A DNA stretch of 64,000 nucleotides from a virus, in IMG/VR virus record IMGVR_UViG_3300033143_003851, positions 1 to 64,000 of that record; one strand, written 5' to 3'. A program made the position numbers and the translations under genes. The notes under the pieces were generated by a model. That model made no database searches and was not told the DNA's origin. It was given only the letters and a program-made list of their open reading frames with translations. This document shows positions 10,963 through 19,315 of the stretch, in pieces (position 1 is the stretch's first letter; every line of letters begins with the position of its first letter).

Positions 10963-11550
10963 TCAGTATCTAAATCCAATTCCAACTCTCCCTAAACTCT
11001 CAGCAACTTTCATAACAACTCCAGTCTTGTCGAAGGGGTCAACCACAATATCTCCCTTACTAGTTGTGCACCTAATAATATTTGCCACTAACCCCTCTGG
11101 CAGATGTGGGATACTATTAACTGTGGCACTAGCATGCCCCCTAAATGAGTTTGACAAATTAATATTCACGAAAAAATATCTGTTAGGGCTCTTAGCAAAC
11201 CACCACACAGGTTCCCCTACACACCTAAACTTCCTATCGCTTGTGGCACCTAAGAATAGCTTGTCCCAATGAATAATATCTATAAGATGCATATCTGTCA
11301 ACTCAGATGCCCCAACCCCTGACCTAGTAATCCTATGATGGTAAAACATGTGCCCAGTTGGAGCAAGCCATGTTTCAACATCTTTAAGAAACTGAGTTTG
11401 CTTGGCAATATATATTGCCTCAAGGTCATCTAGTTTTTTCTTGCCTGGCACAGTGTGAGGGGGCGTTGTGATAAATAGATCAACATGCCCTGGTTTATAT
11501 CCTGCCTCATTTAACCAAACATCGAAATAATAGCCATCTGTTTGTGGCAT
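10963..11550 (-). CDS. Degenerate beta-class DNA N4-C/N6-A methyltransferase-like protein
   Basis: DLFITTPPH (cf. TSPPY), IHWDK, PEGLVANII, DIVVDPFDKTG (cf. DPFxGSG). Confidence 0.7.
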   Translation of the reverse strand: MPQTDGYYFDVWLNEAGYKPGHVDLFITTPPHTVPGKKKLDDLEAIYIAKQTQFLKDVETWLAPTGHMFYHHRITRSGVGASELTDMHLIDIIHWDKLFLGATSDRKFRCVGEPVWWFAKSPNRYFFVNINLSNSFRGHASATVNSIPHLPEGLVANIIRCTTSKGDIVVDPFDKTGVVMKVAESLGRVGIGFRY

Positions 11551-11786
11551 GAATCTACCTCTTTAATTACTTCTTTAGCCTTTTTAGAGCTACCAATCTC
11601 TGTAATATTAGCTACATCTAAACAGAAAAACACATCCCCATACAGATACAGTACAGAGTCAATTACTTGGAATCGCTCAATACTATTTATCTCAATATAA
11701 AATTCATCTTCCCCACAAGAAATATAAAAATTAAAATCCTCATTCATAATATGTCTCATAGCTCTGTATACAGCACTTGGTTGCAT
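11511..11786 (-). CDS. Hypothetical protein
   Basis: ORF packed in the operon. Confidence 0.5.
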   Translation of the reverse strand: MQPSAVYRAMRHIMNEDFNFYISCGEDEFYIEINSIERFQVIDSVLYLYGDVFFCLDVANITEIGSSKKAKEVIKEVDSCHKQMAIISMFG

Positions 11787-11788
11787 AT

Positions 11789-11989
11789 TTATTTTCCCCT
11801 CCGTTTTCTTTCGTATGCTAACTCCTCAGCATTATTTGGCACTCGCCTAGGTCTAACTCTTGGCCTAAAAACCTCAGGTTGAGTGGGCTCATCACTCAAC
11901 CCACAGCCAGTACACAGCGTATAAAAAATACAATGTCTTATTAATACTCCGTGTCCGCATCTTCTACATATTGTTCCTACTAATGTCAT
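11789..11989 (-). CDS. Small Zn-ribbon protein
   Basis: CRRC...CTGC, basic tail. Confidence 0.6.
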   Translation of the reverse strand: MTLVGTICRRCGHGVLIRHCIFYTLCTGCGLSDEPTQPEVFRPRVRPRRVPNNAEELAYERKRRGK

Positions 11990-12637
11990 TTATACCACCC
12001 AATCCTTTGATCTAATAGTAATATGTCCTTTAATAGTTTTTAACCTAACCCCTACAGATACGTTACTCATAACATGAAGCAACACATCATCACAGGATCT
12101 CAACTCATCTGTCATGTCTAAAAAATATTTATGGAGCAACCTTTGTTCTGCTATATCTGTCATCCTAACTCCGTTTGACACTATAGAACCAAGCGGACTT
12201 AAAATATAATGAATAACTCTGTAGCTATAGTCCTGATATATTTTATATACTGTTTTGGTGTCCTTGATAGCCTCTGCTTGAAGGTTCATCCTAATATCAA
12301 TATTTTTCTTGGCCTCTGGTAGAAACGCATTAGTATATGGAGCAACATCCATAGGGCACCTATCTAACACCACAACTCTGTTCTCCTCTGTTGCCTGCTC
12401 CGACAAGAATAGGCAACTTAGAGCCCGCTTAGACTGTGCCCTAATCATGCCCCACTGAGACCCTGGGCTGGCATCTTTATTGATAGGCCAAGAATATTCT
12501 TTATTTACATCACTAGATACTGAACTACCTCTGACAACCCCCCAACCGCTATTGTGCATCTCTTCACACAGGACATCAATGATAGTTGTTTTACCTGACC
12601 CATGAACCCCGGAGAAGATAATACATAGTTTAGTCAT
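11990..12637 (-). CDS. P-loop nucleotide monophosphate kinase (thymidylate kinase/AAA_28-like)
   Basis: GVHGSGKTT Walker A, VLDRCPMD motif, NGVR lid. Confidence 0.8.
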   Translation of the reverse strand: MTKLCIIFSGVHGSGKTTIIDVLCEEMHNSGWGVVRGSSVSSDVNKEYSWPINKDASPGSQWGMIRAQSKRALSCLFLSEQATEENRVVVLDRCPMDVAPYTNAFLPEAKKNIDIRMNLQAEAIKDTKTVYKIYQDYSYRVIHYILSPLGSIVSNGVRMTDIAEQRLLHKYFLDMTDELRSCDDVLLHVMSNVSVGVRLKTIKGHITIRSKDWVV

Positions 12638-12836
12638 TATCTTCTCCTACAAATATTGTTACAATCTCTTTAGTATCAACAATTACAGTCCCACTAACAG
12701 TTTCAAATAAAACAGATGCCATCCATATTGTGTGGTTATATGGGTGAATCTCTGCCACTTTCCCATCGCTTGTAGTAATCTCAAGAGGTAAACCAGCATA
12801 TTTTTTTAAAAACCTAATTAAATCCTGCATGTTCAT
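12630..12836 (-). CDS. Small hypothetical protein (possible Sm-like beta barrel)
   Basis: 68 aa, beta-strand pattern, GGAG RBS. Confidence 0.45.
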   Translation of the reverse strand: MNMQDLIRFLKKYAGLPLEITTSDGKVAEIHPYNHTIWMASVLFETVSGTVIVDTKEIVTIFVGEDND

Positions 12837-12875
12837 GTTGTATAGTCTCCTTTAAATTTTTTCTCAATATGAATA

Positions 12876-13019
12876 TTATAAACCACAACTACCGCCCCTA
12901 CAGTATGGATCATAGATACAATTGTGGTCCGTTAGACACATGCAACAGAGCCACGCATCACAATGCACACATAAATATAGTTTTATATTTTTTATATTAC
13001 ATTTTTCACAAGCTAACAT
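12876..13019 (-). CDS. B-box-like Zn-finger protein
   Basis: CEKC-x9-CVHC-x4-CCMC-x3-H; GGAGGT RBS before MLAC. Confidence 0.55.
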   Translation of the reverse strand: MLACEKCNIKNIKLYLCVHCDAWLCCMCLTDHNCIYDPYCRGGSCGL

Positions 13020-13115
13020 TAACAATACCTCCTTATTATCCATGTAGCAGGACATGTTTGACATCGCCATACTCCATCATATCCTTTACTCATCTCTTCA
13101 GTACAACCAGGACAA

Positions 13116-13859
13116 TTAAGCATATATAGACCACGCATATTTAATATTGTTTTTTGTTAACCTATCGCACGCCTCTACAAATATCTTCATATCAATCTCT
13201 GTGCCTATAAAATTTCTACCAAGCTTGGCACAAACCACAGGGGTTGTTCCTACCCCCATAAAGGGGTCATAGACCGTCGCTCCTGGATATGTGTATAAGG
13301 ATACCAACCAATCAATTAAGCGCTCGGGAAATGCACTAAACTTACCATATTCTGAATCCCCACAAATTTGCCACACATTTCCTGTCAGTTTTGCCTGCCT
13401 GATTGCTTCAATATCTAATTTTTCTACTTTTGTTTGATATGGTTTGCCCTTAGAATACATGATGATAGATTCCCACAACCAATAAGGGTAGTAAAATGTT
13501 GAATACGGAGTCTTCAACATTGTGTTAGGCCACCCCCCTACACCTACTGGCTTTTTCCACACAATTTTATTTACAAACTGCATACGATAGTCATGTAAAA
13601 ACTCGCTGGTAATAGCATCGTTGTCAAGGTGTTTAGTATTACCTATATTAATAATCATCGTGCCCCCGTCTTTAAGTGCCCTTAAACACTGTTTCCACAC
13701 AGGAAATAAAAATTTCTCATGGGCCTCATCAGTTGCCCAATCTGGTCCCCACCTTTTAACGCCTGGATATGGTGGGCTTGTTATTACATAGTCTAATGAC
13801 TTAGTTGGTATTGCACATGCAAACTCTAGTGCGTCTCCTAACACCATATCAATTGTCAT
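13116..13859 (-). CDS. DNA methyltransferase, beta class (N4-C/N6-A)
   Basis: TSPPY catalytic motif IV; DPFMGVGTT SAM-binding motif I; FIGTEI. Confidence 0.92.
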   Translation of the reverse strand: MTIDMVLGDALEFACAIPTKSLDYVITSPPYPGVKRWGPDWATDEAHEKFLFPVWKQCLRALKDGGTMIINIGNTKHLDNDAITSEFLHDYRMQFVNKIVWKKPVGVGGWPNTMLKTPYSTFYYPYWLWESIIMYSKGKPYQTKVEKLDIEAIRQAKLTGNVWQICGDSEYGKFSAFPERLIDWLVSLYTYPGATVYDPFMGVGTTPVVCAKLGRNFIGTEIDMKIFVEACDRLTKNNIKYAWSIYA

Positions 13860-13860
13860 A

Positions 13861-14214
13861 CTATGACATCCTAGGAACCTTCAGTGCGTGCCAGTTATCT
13901 ACAGTAGCAATATAATGCTGGAACCAATATTCTAGCATTCGGTGTGTTGTTGTAGCCTTTCTCCACGCCCGACTAAAGGCAACACATCGACCAAACCACT
14001 TATTGTACTCATCATCTGGGTGAACCTTCGAGACGCCAACAAAAACACACATCATATCTGGTGTGCTCATTTTAATCGTGCATTTAATCATGCTCTTATA
14101 ATCAGATTCGAACTGCACATCTCCATAATGGTTTCTTATAAAGGAAACCATTGATTTGGTTTCCTTTTTGGTCATTATTAGTTCTGTGCCAGTCTTATTT
14201 TTTATTTCTTTCAT
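13861..14214 (-). CDS. Conserved phage-type hypothetical protein
   Basis: GVSKVHPDDEYNKWFGRCVAFSRA resembles a G-x-(S/A)-x-x-H-P-x-D...G...A..RA motif common in small phage proteins. Confidence 0.5.
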   Translation of the reverse strand: MKEIKNKTGTELIMTKKETKSMVSFIRNHYGDVQFESDYKSMIKCTIKMSTPDMMCVFVGVSKVHPDDEYNKWFGRCVAFSRAWRKATTTHRMLEYWFQHYIATVDNWHALKVPRMS

Positions 14215-14225
14215 ACTTTAACACC

Positions 14226-14615
14226 TTAACACGGTCTATATGTCGTTTTAAGTGTCCACATATTAGACAATTTTTCTCCAACTTTAACCTTAGAACAATC
14301 ACAATCACTACACCAAAAAAGACCAGGAGATTTATATATATCATATAGTTTTTCTCTTTCTCTATCCCATCCAACCACACTATATTTTCCAAGTATGATC
14401 TTAGTTTTTCCTTCATTAGCTTTAATGACAATATCATATGAAGTAGTTAAATACACAGTTTCATTATACCAGTCTACTAGTTCTTTGTGGCAGTTTTTAT
14501 GTATGTGTCTAACAAAGGTCATATTGTCTCCATCAAATTCAATATAGCTTATTTCTTTTATTTCTTTATTATCAATAGTAACTTCTATAGAAGATCCATC
14601 CAGTAGTTGTTTCAT
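14226..14615 (-). CDS. Hypothetical protein
   Basis: ATGA overlap with the upstream gene. Confidence 0.55.
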   Translation of the reverse strand: MKQLLDGSSIEVTIDNKEIKEISYIEFDGDNMTFVRHIHKNCHKELVDWYNETVYLTTSYDIVIKANEGKTKIILGKYSVVGWDREREKLYDIYKSPGLFWCSDCDCSKVKVGEKLSNMWTLKTTYRPC

Positions 14616-15094
14616 GTCAGCACCTTATCTGGAATCACTGTAAAGGTAATTTGATTCATCCATGTTTTAGGAATTGGTGGTTCACACTCATATGGTATAT
14701 CGTTAAGCCCACTAATAAACATTGTTGTAACACCAGCATATATCAGGTGTTTCATACACCCTGCACATGGCAAGCTAACCCCATTCTGTCCATATAAATA
14801 CAAGGTGGAGTCCCTGATTCCACCACCATGCATAAGTGCAACCATCTCAGCATGGATACAACTAATCTCTAAGTTAGTTCCTGAGGAAATGTTTTTTCGT
14901 AAACATCTCCTACCGCCACACCTACCAGCTAAAGAGATAGGGGACCTATTCCAACCACTCACTATTCCCCCTGTCGGTAATTTAATAACTGCCCCCCACT
15001 TAGACCTACAACATGGAGACATATTACTTGTTTTCTTTGCTAGCTTCATCAGGTCTATGTGTATCTTTTTTAACTTCAGTTCCACTACCTCCAA
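14612..15094 (-). CDS. dCMP deaminase
   Basis: SPC...GAVI...GWN, IHAE, PCAGC zinc motifs. Confidence 0.88.
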   Translation of the reverse strand: MEVVELKLKKIHIDLMKLAKKTSNMSPCCRSKWGAVIKLPTGGIVSGWNRSPISLAGRCGGRRCLRKNISSGTNLEISCIHAEMVALMHGGGIRDSTLYLYGQNGVSLPCAGCMKHLIYAGVTTMFISGLNDIPYECEPPIPKTWMNQITFTVIPDKVLT

Positions 15095-15629
15095 TTTTTG
15101 TATATATTTGCCTTAAAATTTTCCACATAGCGTCATTACTAAACCCACAGGACTTTTTCTCTGGGCAAAATCCCCTATATAAACACTCTGGAACACACAC
15201 CATCCATAACTCAGGATCAATTTTCTCCAACTTCTCTAACATAAGATCCCAAGCATGTCTAGTTTCGCCAGCTGCCCTGCCACACATCCGTTTCCTTGAT
15301 ATATTAATAATAGCTTGTGCGTTAATAACACACGAAGCTGTGATGAGGGCATCTTGATCTTTTTTACCTCGGTTGCTATCAGGTCGTTGACTATGGATAA
15401 ACCACTCTACACCAATCTTGTGCCTAACGAAGTGGACATGGACCCAATAAGGCATATCTGTCCAAACACAAATATATGTTAGTGCTCTAATAGGACTATG
15501 CTCGGCCATCAGCACACCGTACTTAAAATCCTTGCTAGGTTCTTTGTGGGTCATCTTTTTCCCAGCAGTAGCTCTAGCTAGACCAAGTGCAGTGCTCCAA
15601 CCTGTAAGTTGTTCTATTTCACATTTCAA
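15024..15629 (-). CDS. thyX: ThyX-like flavin-dependent thymidylate synthase
   Basis: EHSPIR, HFVRHK-x8-SQR (variant of RHR-x7-S), KRMC, C-terminal C-x5-CPE-x3-C. Confidence 0.65.
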   Translation of the reverse strand: MKCEIEQLTGWSTALGLARATAGKKMTHKEPSKDFKYGVLMAEHSPIRALTYICVWTDMPYWVHVHFVRHKIGVEWFIHSQRPDSNRGKKDQDALITASCVINAQAIINISRKRMCGRAAGETRHAWDLMLEKLEKIDPELWMVCVPECLYRGFCPEKKSCGFSNDAMWKILRQIYTKIGGSGTEVKKDTHRPDEASKENK

Positions 15630-15814
15630 TTATAAGACCTGACCCATGTTACAAACTCTTTCCATGTTCTGTGTGTATCTCTATCCCAATCAACAGAGCA
15701 TTCCTTACATATACTAAGCGTGCTCACAGAGTTGTATGCTCCTTTAGTTTCTTTAGTTGGAACAACAATAGTATAGTATGCATCAAACTTGCCACGACAC
15801 ACATAACAAACCAT
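15626..15814 (-). CDS. Small Zn-finger protein
   Basis: MVCYVC...ICKEC; GGAGG RBS. Confidence 0.55.
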   Translation of the reverse strand: MVCYVCRGKFDAYYTIVVPTKETKGAYNSVSTLSICKECSVDWDRDTHRTWKEFVTWVRSYN

Positions 15815-15969
15815 TAGGCTAACCTCCTTCTGATCCAATCCTTAAGTGTGTGGACAACACCACTATGGTCATCTATATAGTTTTCTTTGCATGAAACCGT
15901 GCAGAACCGATACTGTCTAAACCTATGTGGGAACCACATAAAGTTTCTACTACATGTTTTACATTCCAT
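15814..15969 (-). CDS. Treble-clef (TRASH/MYM-like) Zn-finger protein (51 aa; not in ORF track)
   Basis: MECKTC...RFCTVSC; GGAG RBS; TAATG coupling to the next gene. Confidence 0.6.
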   Translation of the reverse strand: MECKTCSRNFMWFPHRFRQYRFCTVSCKENYIDDHSGVVHTLKDWIRRRLA

Positions 15970-15980
15970 ATTTCTGTCTC

Positions 15981-18128
15981 CTAATAATCAAATATGCTTT
16001 TCTGTTTCCCGTGTATTACGTCTTTTAAATCAAGTCTCTTAACTGCCCCATCAATAATACTAGCATAGTACTTAGTGTCGATTTCATATATAGTCTTTTC
16101 GTTTCTCTCAACAACAGGCCCAGTGGCCCTAAATATTAGCTTGTCATCAGGGTGGATTAACTTTGGGGCTTTCCCCTTGCTCATCACAAACTCATACTGT
16201 TCTCCATCAGTTGGTTGGATGCCATATGTTTCCTTCACCTGCCCAATTATCTGCATGCTTTGACAATTTTTTGACTTATACTGGTCAGGGGACTTTACTC
16301 TAATCCTCATAGCTAGGTCCATAATCCCCATCGCCACATAAAACCGCTTGTAATTATAATATAGTTCCCTAAGCTTTTCATTGTCCTGCTTGAACCTAAA
16401 AATAATTGCACTGTCCCTGAAATTGTCATACATGCTTGGCAACTTGCTGGCTCTGATACTGACACCTTTATATTTGAATTTGTTACCCCCTTGCCACAAT
16501 ATATAATTTTTGCCCTTGGTGTCTCTAAAGTATGCCCCATCATACTTATCGGTCTTCATGGTCATTGTGTTTTCGTTGAGTAGTTGAAACTGGTCTATGA
16601 ACTTGTTAATTAAACACTGTATTATAGTGTTAGGAAACTTACTGGTTGTATAAAAACCATCTGTATCTACAGCTATAACTGTTTTAAACAAGTTGTATCT
16701 TAATATGTCTTTTTTAACTATATATTCTTTATATATGTTGTTAAAGAACTCATTATATAAACTAGTTGATACACCTTGTTCTATAGACTCTAGTCCACCC
16801 ATAACCCACTTAATAATTTCCCTGCCAATCCCAACGATGCTGACATATTGGCACAAGTCTGCATACTTAGCCCACTGCATGCCCATGTATCCAGTAATAG
16901 CATTAAGAATAATCTTGATGCCCCCTTCTTGAGCGTGCAATTTTTGATATTCAGCTGAGTTTTCATCAAGTTTTGCCTTTTTAGCTTTAAGATCTACTCG
17001 AATTTTATATAAAGCTCTAAAGTATTTTGGGATTCCACCCTCAACTTTCTGATCTATATCTATAACCCAAGTCTTATAACACCTCTCGTCTGGAATATGT
17101 AACCTTAAAACATCGTCACCTTTAATATATTCAGAACTAAACTTATCTGTGTATGGTTCAAACCTAACAAACCTAGTTGTCTCAATTGATATATTAAATG
17201 TCATCACAATATTAGGATACATACTGGCAAAGTCTGAGTGATATATAGGGTCAAGGTAGTATCCTGGTTTCATAGTATCTGTGAGAGCTGCCCTTATATT
17301 GTGGGCAATGTCTGGACCATACTTATCTATGTTAGTTTCTTTAAATGTGTAAATATCTTCTCCTAAATTCTCCCATATTGTTCTACATAGCTTGTTAGCA
17401 GGGTATGAACTGCTCATATATATATACTTTTCTACTGGGATGTCCAGCATGTTTCCAACCGTAATCCAGTTTCTAAAGTATGTATTAAAAAGCACAACGC
17501 TGGCATCAATATCATTTCTAAGATATGATTTTAGTTTTTCGGACCCCAACATATTTCTCATTTTCATATATTGGTTTCTATCTAGGTCCCAATATTCCCC
17601 GCTGGGGTTGAGGTGCTTCGCTACTGTTTTAAGTTTCCTATCTTTAAGATTAAATAGTCGCTGGTCCTTTGCTGACCCCTGAATGAAACTATCAAATATC
17701 AACCGTTGTCCTAGTCGTATCTTAGGGATTTCCTGACGCCTACCCATAAGATATACAACCTCTTTAACATCTGGATCAATGTTAAAATCCTGAGTTGGGT
17801 CTTTAATAACCACCAGCTGAGTAGGATCTATATTATTTGTTTTAAGCCTACTAATAATATATGGTAAATCAAAACCCATAACAAAATAACCATGTAATAT
17901 CTGGATACCGCCCTGTGGTATCTTGACATCGTCTGGTAAATCACTAACCTCATATCCAATCTGGATGATAGTGTTTCTTTCTGGGGTAGGAAATGTGCCA
18001 TTTGTGTCAACTTCAATATCAAAATGAATTACTTTGTTCCAGTTTATAGGATCATTTATAAGCTTAATAAAATCCTCTAATATTTTTTTATCTGATTTAA
18101 AATTTTCCGCTTCAAATATTTCCACCAC
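15981..18128 (-). CDS. polB: Family B DNA polymerase with C-terminal PIP box
   Basis: ExoI FDIE, ExoII FDLPY, ExoIII YLRND, motif A DFASMYP, motif B KIILN, motif C DTDG, C-terminal QKSIFDY. Confidence 0.95.
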   Translation of the reverse strand: MVEIFEAENFKSDKKILEDFIKLINDPINWNKVIHFDIEVDTNGTFPTPERNTIIQIGYEVSDLPDDVKIPQGGIQILHGYFVMGFDLPYIISRLKTNNIDPTQLVVIKDPTQDFNIDPDVKEVVYLMGRRQEIPKIRLGQRLIFDSFIQGSAKDQRLFNLKDRKLKTVAKHLNPSGEYWDLDRNQYMKMRNMLGSEKLKSYLRNDIDASVVLFNTYFRNWITVGNMLDIPVEKYIYMSSSYPANKLCRTIWENLGEDIYTFKETNIDKYGPDIAHNIRAALTDTMKPGYYLDPIYHSDFASMYPNIVMTFNISIETTRFVRFEPYTDKFSSEYIKGDDVLRLHIPDERCYKTWVIDIDQKVEGGIPKYFRALYKIRVDLKAKKAKLDENSAEYQKLHAQEGGIKIILNAITGYMGMQWAKYADLCQYVSIVGIGREIIKWVMGGLESIEQGVSTSLYNEFFNNIYKEYIVKKDILRYNLFKTVIAVDTDGFYTTSKFPNTIIQCLINKFIDQFQLLNENTMTMKTDKYDGAYFRDTKGKNYILWQGGNKFKYKGVSIRASKLPSMYDNFRDSAIIFRFKQDNEKLRELYYNYKRFYVAMGIMDLAMRIRVKSPDQYKSKNCQSMQIIGQVKETYGIQPTDGEQYEFVMSKGKAPKLIHPDDKLIFRATGPVVERNEKTIYEIDTKYYASIIDGAVKRLDLKDVIHGKQKSIFDY

Positions 18129-18138
18129 GCCACCGCCA

Positions 18139-18209
18139 TAGGCTGTGCAGGATTCGAACCTGCGCTGCCAGATCCAAAGTCTAGCGAACTACCATTATTC
18201 TAACAGCCC
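18139..18209 (-). tRNA. tRNA-Gln(TTG)
   Basis: GGGCTGT/ACAGCCT acceptor; CTAGA-CTTTGGA-TCTGG anticodon arm; GCAGG-TTCGAAT-CCTGC T arm; no CCA. Confidence 0.93.
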
Positions 18210-18502
18210 CAAAATTTCACAACTTTAGCAATATCTCTTTTACGAGGATCAGATGATTTACTTAAAAAAGATATAGTCTCCATGTCTTTTTTCATTTTGT
18301 CTGTTAATCCACCACTAATAAAACTAAAATGTCTAGCTGTACTAAGTGTGGTGCCTCCTATTTCGCCAGTTAATATGTTTCTAAACGTTACATGTCCATA
18401 GTTTCCATCTGGTATAATCTCTATAATCTCCCAATATTGGCCGTTCTCTACTGTAATTAATCCAATGCTTATTGTAGCATCTTTGCTATCATTATTTTTA
18501 AA
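18200..18502 (-). CDS. Open frame lacking an early start codon; candidate -1 frameshift extension of the UDG-like gene
   Basis: Stop-to-stop frame 18583-18200 (127 codons) fills the gap; T_TTA_AAA at 18502-18496 in the UDG frame; first ATG is only 31 codons from the stop. Confidence 0.5.
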   Translation of the reverse strand, partial: FKNNDSKDATISIGLITVENGQYWEIIEIIPDGNYGHVTFRNILTGEIGGTTLSTARHFSFISGGLTDKMKKDMETISFLSKSSDPRKRDIAKVVKFWGC

Positions 18503-19011
18503 TATGTAAGATACGTCTGGTATGTAACTCCCCCCTTTATAACAAAAGATGGGTGAAATGTCGGCATAACATTTCCCCTGTAGTCAAGTCCTCTAATATT
18601 TACTGCTTCTTCATATCTGCCCGCAAGCTCTGTCATGCTTTTACCGTATAGTAATACTCTTTTTGTAGGTGTTGTGCCTAGCAACACAATACAGACTGGT
18701 TTAATTAGTTGAGTTTCCATAATAAGATATCGTATGCATGCTTCAATTTCTTTTGATCTGGGTTTTCTATTATTAGGTGGGTTGCACTTAACAACGCTTG
18801 TGTGGTATGTATGAACATTTTCTATTAACCCAATATTTTTAATAGCCTTAGATAACAGTGCCTTAGATAAGCCACTAATGTTTGGGGCACCTGAAACAAA
18901 CATAATAGTTGGTCTATGTATATTACCTACAGGCAGTATTGGTGTTGTGTTATATCTAAGGGGACAATCCTCACATGATAATATCCTATCACACATCACC
19001 TGATGTTTCAT
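18469..19011 (-). CDS. udg: Uracil-DNA glycosylase family 4-like [4Fe-4S] protein
   Basis: CEDCPL, VKCNPPNNRKP...EIEAC, LLG, TFHPS; motif A is altered; start probably MKHQ after the GGAGG RBS. Confidence 0.85.
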   Translation of the reverse strand: MKHQVMCDRILSCEDCPLRYNTTPILPVGNIHRPTIMFVSGAPNISGLSKALLSKAIKNIGLIENVHTYHTSVVKCNPPNNRKPRSKEIEACIRYLIMETQLIKPVCIVLLGTTPTKRVLLYGKSMTELAGRYEEAVNIRGLDYRGNVMPTFHPSFVIKGGVTYQTYLTYLKIMIAKMLQ

Positions 19012-19315
19012 CTTCGACCTCCATAATAGTTGCGCTAGCAGCATGCATCATCTTAATATTTTTATTACTATATTTATATCCTTCCTTTTTTAGCATTCTC
19101 ACTCTCTGACTATATGTTGGCATCCTAATACCGTGATATGGGTCCCATTTTTTTGATTTTGCCCATAAACTATAACACGTATCACAAATATTTGTTCTAT
19201 AGAAAGGGGCATGTCTGGATCTACAATATTTGCATCGTTTTGGTTTTTTATCTTTTGTGGGCATTTTATAGAATGAGAATGCGCTAAATGAGCTAAATGG
19301 GCTAACATATGGCAT
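18989..19315 (-). CDS. Basic Zn-finger protein
   Basis: CKYC...CDTC. Confidence 0.55.
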   Translation of the reverse strand: MPYVSPFSSFSAFSFYKMPTKDKKPKRCKYCRSRHAPFYRTNICDTCYSLWAKSKKWDPYHGIRMPTYSQRVRMLKKEGYKYSNKNIKMMHAASATIMEVEDETSGDV

